Assembly: GCA_963737265.1 (NCBI GenBank)
Contig: CAVTRY010000016.1
Span: forward strand, 384,439 to 448,438
Length of the DNA: 64,000 nt
Source: an uncultured delta proteobacterium
GTDB lineage: Bacteria; Myxococcota_A; Polyangia; Fen-1088
Direction of reading: 5' to 3'
Under the pieces are notes generated by a model. It was not told the origin of the DNA, searched no databases, and saw only the letters and a list, made by a program, of their open reading frames with translations. Positions 41,611 through 50,597 of this stretch are shown here, piece by piece. The position numbers and the translations under genes are program-made. The stretch's first letter is position 1; each line of letters opens with the position of its first letter.

Positions 41611-42034
41611 GACACTCTCGATTGTGGGAAAGGACTACCACACCGACGAGCACCCCATCGGCTACTACAACCCAGGCGACCGGATGAAGTACTGGGGCAA
41701 GCTCGGTGCCTTCTGGGGCCGCATCTGGGCAATCCTTCTTGGCTCCGCGTTCTTCTGGATCCCTGGGATCGGACCGCTCATGGTGGGGGGACCTATTGTC
41801 TCTTGGATCGTCGGCGTACTCAGCGAGGCGGCCGTCGTGGGTGGGCTCAGCGCCTTGGGCGCAGCGCTCTTCAGTATCGGCATACCCAAGGACAGCATCG
41901 TGAAGTACGAAACGGCACTCAAAGCAGGCCAGTTTCTGCTGCTGGCACACGGCACGATGTCGGAGGTGTCCAGAGCGAAGGAGATTCTGCAAGGCACCAA
42001 TCCGGCGGAATCCGCAGTTCATTCGGCAGTCTAA
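41611..42034 (+). pseudogene. general-stress membrane protein remnant fused in frame to the nhaR remnant
   Basis: LSIVGKDYHTDEHPIGYYN.GDRMKYWGK.GAFWG, IPGIGPL, LGAALFSIGIPKDS..KYE. Confidence 0.65.
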
Positions 42035-42079
42035 GACATAAGTGGTCCATTGACGAAACAGTACCGTCAAAATTGCATA

Positions 42080-42246
42080 ATACCAAAGGAGCATCCCAAG
42101 AAGCCATCAAGAATAGCCCCGAATGGAATCCCAACGCGCCTATCAACCGAGAGTACGAAGCGCGTCTTTGCGACTATTATGGTCACCCCGTCTACTGGAA
42201 CGAGAACGAACGACCCAGTAAGCCGGCGCCGCCATCTCGCGACTGA
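42080..42246 (+). pseudogene. PRC-barrel protein extreme C-terminal remnant
   Basis: SQEAIKNSPEW...INREYEARLCDYYGHPVYW resembles the tail of 38114-38476. Confidence 0.6.
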
Positions 42247-42256
42247 AAGACAAATT

Positions 42257-44791
42257 ATGAGCAAGGAAATCAATAGCGGCCGGCATCAATCGGCCAAAGT
42301 CGATGGATTCGATGCCTTGGCGGAGCTGGCCCTGAATCTGCGCTGGTCGTGGAATCATGCCACCGACGAGGTGTGGCGTCGGCTCGACCCAGAATTGTGG
42401 GAGACCACGCATAACCCTTGGGTGGTTCTTCAGACAGCCTCGCGCGACAAACTCGAGCATGCGATGGCCGATCCCGCATTTTGCAAAATGGTCGATGGTC
42501 TGGTGCAAACCAGGCGAAAAGCGATTGACTCGCCTGCCTGGTTTCAGCAAGACCATCCTGCTGGCTCCCTTACCAGCGTAGCGTATTTCAGCATGGAGTT
42601 CATGCTCAGCGAGGCATTGCCCATCTATTCAGGTGGGCTTGGCAACGTCGCTGGGGACCAATTGAAAGCTGCCAGCGATTTGGGGGTTCCGGTCGTCGGT
42701 GTCGGCCTGCTGTACCAACAGGGTTACTTTCGCCAGGTGATCGACAAGGATGGAGCGCAACAAGCCCTCTATCCCTACAACGACCCTGGGCAACTACCGA
42801 TCACGCCGTTGCGTCAGCCCAATGGTGGGTGGTTGCGGATCGAGATCGCCTTGCCGGGGTATTCGGTCTGGCTGCGGACCTGGCAAGTCCAAGTCGGCAG
42901 GGCCAAGCTCTATCTGCTGGATAGCAACGACGCCGCGAACTTTCCTGCCCACCGGGGAATCACCAGCGAGCTCTATGGCGGTGGACCCGAGCTGCGCCTC
43001 AAACAGGAAATCTTGCTTGGCATCGGCGGCTGGAAGTTGCTGGCTGCGCTCGGCATCGAGCCGGAGGTCTGTCACCTCAATGAGGGGCACGCCGCCTTTG
43101 CCGTGCTTGAGCGCGCTCGCGGCTTCATGCAAAAGAACGCCCAGCCCTTCGAAGTCGCGCTGGCGGTTACCCGGGCAGGAAACATCTTTACGACCCACAC
43201 GGCAGTCACCGCTGGCTTCGACCGCTTCGCACCGTCGCTGGTCGAGCAGTATCTTGGCGATTATGCCAAACAGCAGCTTCACCTCTCCGTTCGCGATTTG
43301 CTGGCGCTGGGCCGGCAGAATCCCGACGACGCATCCGGGAGTTTCAACATGGCTTATCTTGCCATTCACGGCAGTGGTGCCGTGAATGGGGTGAGCCGGC
43401 TGCACGGAAAGGTCAGCCGACACCTGTTCGAGCCGCTTTTCCCGCGCTGGCCGACAGACGAGGTTCCCGTGGGACACGTCACCAACGGAATCCACGTGCC
43501 CAGTTGGGATTCATCGCCAGCCGACGATCTATGGACCGAAGCCTGTGGTAAGGACCGCTGGCTGGGACCGACCAAACCCTTGGATCAGCAGATTCGCAAG
43601 GTTTCAGACGCCAAGTTATGGCAATTGCGCAAGGCCCAGAGCGCCTCGCTCGTCGACTACGCGCGCCAGCGGTTGGCGCTTCAACTGACGGCCTCCGGCG
43701 CTCCCAGCGACGCCGTGGACCAAGCCAAGCGTCTGTTCGATCCGAACGTCTTGACGCTGGGCTTTGCACGACGTTTTGCATCCTACAAGCGACCCAACCT
43801 CCTGCTGCACGATCCGGAACGCCTGCTGCGCATCTTGACCAACCGAGAGCGGACGGTTCAGCTCATCATCGCCGGCAAGGCCCATCCGGCCGACGATATT
43901 GGACAGGCGCTAATTCGGCAATGGACCCGCTTCATTCGCACCACCGAGGCCCGCCACCATGTGATCTTCCTGAGCGACTACGACATGCTCTTGACCGAGC
44001 ACCTGGTTCAGGGCGTGGATGTCTGGCTCAACACCCCTCGGCGCCCCTGGGAAGCAAGTGGCACCAGCGGCATGAAGGTGTTGGTCAACGGCGGCATCAA
44101 TCTCTCCGAATTGGACGGCTGGTGGGCCGAAGCGTACACACCGCAGGTAGGATGGGCCTTGGGGGACGGTCAGGAACATGGCGACGATCCGGCCTGGGAC
44201 GCCGTGGAGGCCGAGGCTCTCTACGGTCTGCTTGAACGCGAGGTTGTCCCCGAGTTTTACACACGGGACAAGAGCGGCATTCCCATCGCCTGGGTCAGGC
44301 GCATGCGCGAGAGCATGGCATTGCTGACGCCTCAGTTCTCCGCCAACCGAACGGTTCGCGAGTACACCGAGCAACGCTACCTTCCGGCTGCCGCCGCCTA
44401 CCGCAAACGCGCGGCCAAGAAGGGCGCGACCGGCAGGCAGATCGTCGATTGGCAGCGCGCCGTGGATCGCGCCTGGGGCTCGTTGCACTTCGGTGACTTG
44501 CGGGTCTCAACCAGTGAAAGACAACATCTGTTTGAAGTCGATGTCCTTCTCGGAGACCTCGCCCCACAAGCAGTGCGCATCGAGGTCTATGCCTCCGGAA
44601 TGGCTGGCGGCGATCCGACCAACCAAGTGATGAAGAGCGATGGACCGTCTCCGAAAACGGGAGGCCCTATCGTGTATCGCGCAACCGTACCCGCGTCGCG
44701 TCCAGTAGGCGACTACACGGTACGCGCGGTTCCCCAGCACCCAGGTGTCGCCGTCCCCCTGGAATCGTCCCGAATCCTTTGGCAGCGATGA
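42257..44791 (+). CDS. glgP: alpha-glucan (glycogen/starch) phosphorylase
   Basis: YSGGLG, HLNEGH, ARRFASYKR, EASGTSGMK PLP-lysine motif. Confidence 0.95.
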   Translation: MSKEINSGRHQSAKVDGFDALAELALNLRWSWNHATDEVWRRLDPELWETTHNPWVVLQTASRDKLEHAMADPAFCKMVDGLVQTRRKAIDSPAWFQQDHPAGSLTSVAYFSMEFMLSEALPIYSGGLGNVAGDQLKAASDLGVPVVGVGLLYQQGYFRQVIDKDGAQQALYPYNDPGQLPITPLRQPNGGWLRIEIALPGYSVWLRTWQVQVGRAKLYLLDSNDAANFPAHRGITSELYGGGPELRLKQEILLGIGGWKLLAALGIEPEVCHLNEGHAAFAVLERARGFMQKNAQPFEVALAVTRAGNIFTTHTAVTAGFDRFAPSLVEQYLGDYAKQQLHLSVRDLLALGRQNPDDASGSFNMAYLAIHGSGAVNGVSRLHGKVSRHLFEPLFPRWPTDEVPVGHVTNGIHVPSWDSSPADDLWTEACGKDRWLGPTKPLDQQIRKVSDAKLWQLRKAQSASLVDYARQRLALQLTASGAPSDAVDQAKRLFDPNVLTLGFARRFASYKRPNLLLHDPERLLRILTNRERTVQLIIAGKAHPADDIGQALIRQWTRFIRTTEARHHVIFLSDYDMLLTEHLVQGVDVWLNTPRRPWEASGTSGMKVLVNGGINLSELDGWWAEAYTPQVGWALGDGQEHGDDPAWDAVEAEALYGLLEREVVPEFYTRDKSGIPIAWVRRMRESMALLTPQFSANRTVREYTEQRYLPAAAAYRKRAAKKGATGRQIVDWQRAVDRAWGSLHFGDLRVSTSERQHLFEVDVLLGDLAPQAVRIEVYASGMAGGDPTNQVMKSDGPSPKTGGPIVYRATVPASRPVGDYTVRAVPQHPGVAVPLESSRILWQR

Positions 44792-45065
44792 TGAATACAA
44801 GCACCCTTAACCCCGAGTTGCTCCGCACGATGGATGCCTATTGGCGTGCCGCCAACTACCTGTCCGATCTATCTTTACGACAATCCCCTACTCAAGCGCC
44901 CTCTGATCCTCGCGGATATAGAGCATATGCTCACCGGACGGCATGGCCTCTTCAACTGCTACGAGGCGTTCATCCACATCGTGGACTCGATGTTCAACCA
45001 GCAAGCCAAATGGTTGAAGGTCACCTCGCGCCTGCCCCGGCGACGAAAGATCGCCTCATTGAATT
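44788..45065 (+). pseudogene. xfp: phosphoketolase remnant with a large internal deletion
   Basis: [20 protein letters not shown] joined directly to [29 protein letters not shown]. Confidence 0.85.
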
Positions 45066-45129
45066 GCATGAGACTGACGGCAACCACAGGAGTATTCCGC
45101 TATTTCCAGCTCTCGACACCTTGATCGCT

Positions 45130-45330
45130 TCCACGGTCGAGGTCACGAAGTTTCTCATTGCCAACGGTATGCGATCCCAGGTGTTAGCTGCGGCTGCCTA
45201 TGGGGACTTGGATCCCGTGGTAGCCAATGATTCTCCCGAGCACCGCGCCCAAAATCGGCGCATCGAGATCGTACTTCAGCCCAATCTCGCGGATCTGCCT
45301 TCGCTCGACAATGCCAAGTCGACCTCATAG
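45130..45330 (+). pseudogene. second MotB/OmpA C-terminal remnant
   Basis: VEVTKFLIANG...AAAYGDLDPVVAND...RAQNRRIEIVLQPNL. Confidence 0.7.
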
Positions 45331-45409
45331 CGGCGAGAGAGTTTCATACACACCGGTACGAGCGATCTTACGACAAATTCACCCTAGAAGACGAAAGAGG
45401 AGATCGACG

Positions 45410-45982
45410 ATGAAGAACGGAATGTTTCCATGTGTAGCCCTAATTGTGGGCACGCTCGCTTGCGCGCATGAGCCGAAGAAGACAGAGAGCCCGGTGGGGG
45501 CGGCGCCGTCCACTGCCCAACCTCAGTCCATCGCGACATCCCAGCCAAATGGTCAGCAGGCCTGCTCGTCGGACACCGACTGCGGAGACAAACAACTCTG
45601 CATACGATCGCAATGTGTCGACATCACGCCGGACATGGCTGAATGCAGCACAGTGCGGGTCCACTTCGATTTCAATGAAGCCAACCTGCACGAGGACGAG
45701 ACGGCGAAGCTCGTGCGCATGGGTCGCTGTTTGAAGGCCGACCATGTGCTGCACGTGACCATCGAAGGAAACGCAGATGAACGTGGCACCGAAGAGTGGA
45801 ACCTCGCTCTCGGCGACAAGCGTGCGTCAGCAGTCGAGGACTACCTTGAGCGCTTGGGAGTTTCGGCGGCTCAGCTCAGAAGGGTGACTTACGGCAAGGA
45901 CCGCCCGCTGTGCACTCAACACAATGAAGAGTGCTGGGCGAAAAACCGCCGCGCCGCCCTCAAAACCAAAGAGTCGCGCTAA
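45410..45982 (+). CDS. Pal/OmpA-family lipoprotein with Cys-rich linker
   Basis: Lipobox TLAC, HFDFN, IEGNADERGTEEWNLALG.KRA, YGKDRP, KNRRA. Confidence 0.88.
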   Translation: MKNGMFPCVALIVGTLACAHEPKKTESPVGAAPSTAQPQSIATSQPNGQQACSSDTDCGDKQLCIRSQCVDITPDMAECSTVRVHFDFNEANLHEDETAKLVRMGRCLKADHVLHVTIEGNADERGTEEWNLALGDKRASAVEDYLERLGVSAAQLRRVTYGKDRPLCTQHNEECWAKNRRAALKTKESR

Positions 45983-46002
45983 AGACGGAGGTTTTCGGTC
46001 CG

Positions 46003-46686
46003 ATGCCGCGGACAATCGGCCCGCGCATGGTGAAGTGTACGCATCGCGCAGACCACGTGACCTACCTGCTGTGCGCGGCGGCAGCGGGGTGTGCGTCGTT
46101 CCATCCGCAGCAGGTCGATTTCACCGACGCGATTAAGAACTACAAAATCAAGGACTACCCGCTGGTCTACGCCGCGTGGACGCGCCATGCGAAGTTGGTT
46201 CAGGAGACTGGGACGGTGATGGAGATTTGGGCCACGTTCATGAGTTGGGATTTCAGGCAGGCGTACTTGGCGAAGTACGCCAAGGTGTACGACCTTCCTA
46301 GGGATGAGTACGACGAGATCGCCAAGTCGCAAAAGGAGGAGGCAGACGCCGGGTACGAAATTCACCTCGTCGCTCAGAGCACCGCGGATCGTTGGAACGA
46401 CCTCGAACGCAAGAACTCCCCCTGGTCGATCGCGTTGCTCGACGGCACCAACGCTGCATTGTCGCCTTCTTCGATCAAGGTCGAAAAGCTGCCTGAACTC
46501 TATGAAAGTAGCTTCTTCCCTAACCGCACGCCTTTCTCTCGGACATACAAGCTTAGATTCGTCAATCCCAAAGAAGGGGGAAGGTTTTTCGTCGGCCCCT
46601 CGTCCGGGCGAATGATTCTTCGCATCGACTCGCCCGTTGGGAAGGTCGAGGTCGTCTGGGAGGCCAGAACTCTAACTGGGACTTGA
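46003..46686 (+). CDS. hypothetical lipoprotein
   Basis: GGAGG RBS, AAAGC lipobox-like sequence, protein-like composition; start uncertain. Confidence 0.65.
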   Translation: MPRTIGPRMVKCTHRADHVTYLLCAAAAGCASFHPQQVDFTDAIKNYKIKDYPLVYAAWTRHAKLVQETGTVMEIWATFMSWDFRQAYLAKYAKVYDLPRDEYDEIAKSQKEEADAGYEIHLVAQSTADRWNDLERKNSPWSIALLDGTNAALSPSSIKVEKLPELYESSFFPNRTPFSRTYKLRFVNPKEGGRFFVGPSSGRMILRIDSPVGKVEVVWEARTLTGT

Positions 46687-46764
46687 AAATATGAACACTG
46701 CCATAGCCAACGTATCGATGTTTGCGATCATCCTGGCAGCAGTGGATGGATCCGAGCACAGTCG

Positions 46765-47287
46765 TCATTGCGTGATGACCCCGCACGCAATGCGTGGACC
46801 TGCGTTTCCGGCTGGGTCGCTCTTCATATCGTCGGCATCGGCATGAACCACCAAAGCGGTTCCGCCATTGCTGAAGAGCGAGTTCGCATCCGAGTCCAGA
46901 TTGACCATCTTGTCCACGATGGTCGCTTTTGCGTTCCCTTTCGCATCGACTGTGAAGTTGGGCATGTCGCCGGCGTGGGGGCCCTTTGGATTGTTCGAGC
47001 CCGTGCTCCTTTCCCTCGGGATTGAAGTGTGAGCCAGCCGACTTGAAATCCGGACCCTCGCATTTGGCAATCTGGTGAAAATGGATGGCGTGCTGCCCTG
47101 GCGCAAGACCGTGCAGATGAAGCTGCAGCGAAACGCCATGGCTCGCGGGTTTGATGTGGACGTTGCCGACACTCTCGCCCTTGGCATCTTTGAGCTCGAC
47201 ACTAATGCCCTTGCTCTTGGCGAAAGCAAAGGCTGGAGCAAGCGCGAGCAACACTGTGAACAGGATTGTGCTTGTTGATTTTCGCAT
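46765..47287 (-). CDS. sodC: Cu/Zn superoxide dismutase, +1 frameshift near 46995
   Basis: Signal peptide, [14 protein letters not shown], then [25 protein letters not shown]. Confidence 0.88.
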
Positions 47288-47397
47288 AGTGAGGCAAGTC
47301 TAGCGCCGAATGTGCAGGAATCCAGGACACACCCCGCCGCTGGCCGGGCGAGCGTGTTCCGCGCCCGAGCGCCTGGCATGGAGGCAGGCCCGCATCT

Positions 47398-47413
47398 TGG
47401 CATCGGTGATGCA
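47398..47413 (+). promoter_or_regulatory. sigma54 -24/-12 promoter
   Basis: TGGCAT-CGGTG-ATGCA. Confidence 0.55.
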
Positions 47414-47497
47414 GATCCTCGATATGGATTGACCAGTTGGAGAAATCGAGACGCGCGCGGAGTGAAATCAGCTCGGCGCGAGAAAGGAGGAATTCTC

Positions 47498-47860
47498 ATG
47501 GATACCGACGACAATCCGAAGGCCGATGTCAAGAAGTATAGCCTGACCAGCAGCAAGACCAGTATGGTTATTGGTAGCGTTGCGGTCCTGGCTGTCTGCA
47601 TACTGGCGGGATTGGTCTTCACAAGATACGAGGCCGGAATCCCGCCCGCCGCGGATGGGCCAACGAGTGCGCAGGACCAGCTCATACGGGTGACCATTTC
47701 CGAGCAGAACTTGGCCATGCAAAAGGAATCCAGTCCAGGAGGTTCGCGACATGCAGCGGCCACGGAAGAGGTGCCATCAGGGACTTCCGGAGCGCTGGGG
47801 CGCCATAGGCCAGCGCTAGCGGGGGGCGTGTGTGCGGCGGAGGGGCTGGTAACTTCCTGA
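47498..47860 (+). CDS. hypothetical single-TM protein (possibly truncated)
   Basis: AAAGGAGG RBS, one hydrophobic helix, downstream of a sigma54 box. Confidence 0.5.
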   Translation: MDTDDNPKADVKKYSLTSSKTSMVIGSVAVLAVCILAGLVFTRYEAGIPPAADGPTSAQDQLIRVTISEQNLAMQKESSPGGSRHAAATEEVPSGTSGALGRHRPALAGGVCAAEGLVTS

Positions 47861-48706
47861 GTGCGCCGGATTGTTGTGCCGCAAACTAGTGGCCAAGTTC
47901 AATTGGCGGATTTTCCAAGTTTTTGCGTCCTTGGCGCCCATTGGTGGCCTGTCCTGTGACGATCCTTCTGCCGCCCTTGAGAGAAAAGGGTTTGATTGTG
48001 CAAATCTTGGGACAAGCGGTGTGCAACACTTCGAGACACGTGGGTCCATCCTCGGTTGACTAGGCAGATTACTCACACCCGAAATGGCTTGCCTATGTGA
48101 GTCCCGTGGGGGCGCTGCTTGCGTCAAAAGCTTCCCCATCTGCAGGCGCTGTACTTTCGAAATCTGAGGGCGCGTGGATAGCGTTGGTTCGGATTGCAAA
48201 AAGTGGATATATTACCATAGGTGGAATATGCGAATCCGATAACACAACGATAGGGTTTGCAATGCAGCCAAGATGCATGGCGCGATCGATCTCGGCATAA
48301 TCGATCTCGGAGTTATCGCCGATTACTGAACGGGAAGAGCATTACTGATTTTCCACTGGCATTAACAATCAATTATGACTCCGACGTGTAATACAAGTCA
48401 GAAGTCATTTTCTCCATTGCGGGGAAAAAATGAGATTCGAGTTCCCACGTCCCCATAACTGTTGACATTTGAGTCGTCCAGATTGTACTTGCGCGAAAAA
48501 GCAAAGTCGCCAAGCTCAGCCACAACCGCAAAGCCTTCTCAAAAACCAATAAGGTCAGCTGAGGGCTGAACATTTTGCCTCCAGGCATTAAGTTATTGCG
48601 GAATACCCCGCTCGGGCCGGAATATTTAATTCCCCAGGTTATCAATTTTGAGATATACTTGAAGCAACTGGGAGAACAGTCCAACTCGTCCACACTTTTT
48701 CCAAGC

Positions 48707-49114
48707 ATGCCTTTCTCAATGCAATTCACGAGTCCGAGTCGACCCAGCCTTGACGGCAGACAACGAAGGCTGTCTACTGAAGAAGCCAACCGCATCATTC
48801 GTATTGCTCGACGAAAGAGCACCGATGGAGCATCGCAAAAGGACCGCAACCTTCGTGTCTTCCTCGGTCATTCACACATCGCCGAGACCCTCAAGCATGA
48901 GTTCATAGATGTTGACCAATCATCTCATAACGTCAAGCCTAACAGCCCGTCTCGCCCACAAACCATCCACTGGGCAGACTTACTCCCAGCAAAAGACGGA
49001 ACAACAGAGGACGAAGCATTAGCGTTCGAAGATGACGGCGAGGAAGACTTCGACTCGCTTGCGCTTGTCCGCACACCCTCTCGGTCCGCTCAGCCGCCAA
49101 GGGCGTCAGTGTGA
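48707..49114 (+). CDS. fungal Ecm13-like small protein
   Basis: ARRK....A...DRNLRVFLGHSHI resembles the KL..EA...DHNLR.LVGHAN motif; acidic tail EDDGEEDFDSLALVRTPS. Confidence 0.55.
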   Translation: MPFSMQFTSPSRPSLDGRQRRLSTEEANRIIRIARRKSTDGASQKDRNLRVFLGHSHIAETLKHEFIDVDQSSHNVKPNSPSRPQTIHWADLLPAKDGTTEDEALAFEDDGEEDFDSLALVRTPSRSAQPPRASV

Positions 49115-49314
49115 GCCTTTCTGGCCTTCAGTCGCGGGCGTTGCCCATTTTCCAGAATACTTTAGGGAAGGAGTACTACGACCATGAGAAGCCGTTTTCT
49201 CCGCAATCTTGTTGCAAAACCAAAGGCCGAGGCTTCAGGCTGATTCCCCACGGCCCACAGCGGTCAAGCAAGGTCCAGCTGAGTCAGAGGTGTCAACACG
49301 CATGTTCGCCCAGT

Positions 49315-50597
49315 TCAGTAGGGTACCTCAAGCCAATCCAATTCGCCCAATCCGAAACTAGAAGGAATTGTGAAGTCAGAGAAGTCGGCAACTGATGCTC
49401 CAAAAGCAGTCTGGAATTGACCGGGAAAGTCATTGGCGTTAGTCGAATGTGACTGGAATTGTTGTGCATCTGCACAGAACCGAAGGATGCCGCGAGTCGG
49501 ACTAGGCGAGGTTAGAGGTGTGTCCAGAGTGTCTTCGTCTATGAGTGGAGTCGAGGCGAAGTTGGACGATTCCGTGTTGTAGCAGTCAGAACCCTGTTGC
49601 AGTGAACAACTCGAGCAATTCATCAAATTTCGCACAAGTGGCTCTTTTCTCTGTAATGATGAACTTGAAAGTGATCGTAGGCCTGCAGATGGATGCAGCT
49701 GATCAGCGCTCAGGGTGGCGTCTATTGGCAGCCATGAAGCCGAATCCGGGACAAGTTCTCGGCGCGCTTGGCTATTCGGATGCAAACTTTCGTGATTAGG
49801 AATCGAGGGAGGAGATGAATTTGCAGCACTAATGCAAGCCAGCTTGGCTGACTTCATTGCGGCAACGGATTCGTTAGAGGCCGAGCTAAATTTGACGGTA
49901 TGCTGATCTCCAGTTGTGGTCCCAGTACTTTTGAATAGGCAAGCGTTGGTGTGAATGTGGACGTGCGGTGCATAGGGCACGTGTTCGAAGCTTCTCCTAT
50001 TCGTGCCCTTGTCAGTCAGACACTGGGAAGAAGTTGCAGGCCCGCGTGCGGATTGAACTTGTGAGGCGCATTTGGAAGAGCAGACTGACGGCCCTGGGGT
50101 TCGTCGTAACGGTGACGTTCTGTCCGTATGTATCTTCCTCTCCAATGACATGCTGTTCATGAGTGTTCGAAGTCTGTTGATCTCTTGTAAAGCTCCTCCC
50201 AGTGATATATTAAGCTCTTCGTTCCTAACCTCAAGATCCCGATAGGCTCGTTTTTGGCGTTCGCGGAATGCCTTCTGTGCTGCCCGGTTCTGAGCTCTGC
50301 GTTTCTTCGGAACATTATCAGAGAACTCATGGCACTGCATGGTATAGGAAAGAAGCTCGCACTTACCGAGACATTATGGCTAGGTTTAGTTTCTTTGTTG
50401 CGTCGTTGGTCTGATGCAAGTCCATTGTGACTCTTCCACCTCCAGATTTGAACATCGGCTGCTCTTTCGCTTTTTCGTTGCTTCAACTGGCTGGACGTTT
50501 TCATATCGGTCCGTTGAGGGCTAAGCAGACTAGCGAAAAAGCCGTTATGGTCGTCGCGTTCTTCGTGGTTGCAGCTTGCATTACCACCTGCAGCCAT
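49315..50597 (-). CDS. fungal bZIP (AP-1/Yap-like basic region) transcription factor; intron 50305-50366
   Basis: KRRAQNRAAQKAFRERQ plus leucine zipper; 62-nt GTAAGT...CTGAT...AG intron joins both exons in phase 0. Confidence 0.8.

Noticed and set aside
41056-42246. 396-aa LysR fusion protein from the ORF track
   Set aside because: Chance read-through across a frameshifted nhaR, an out-of-frame membrane gene and a PRC-barrel tail.
44779-45330. 183-aa novel protein from the ORF track
   Set aside because: Mosaic of xfp and MotB remnants read partly out of frame.
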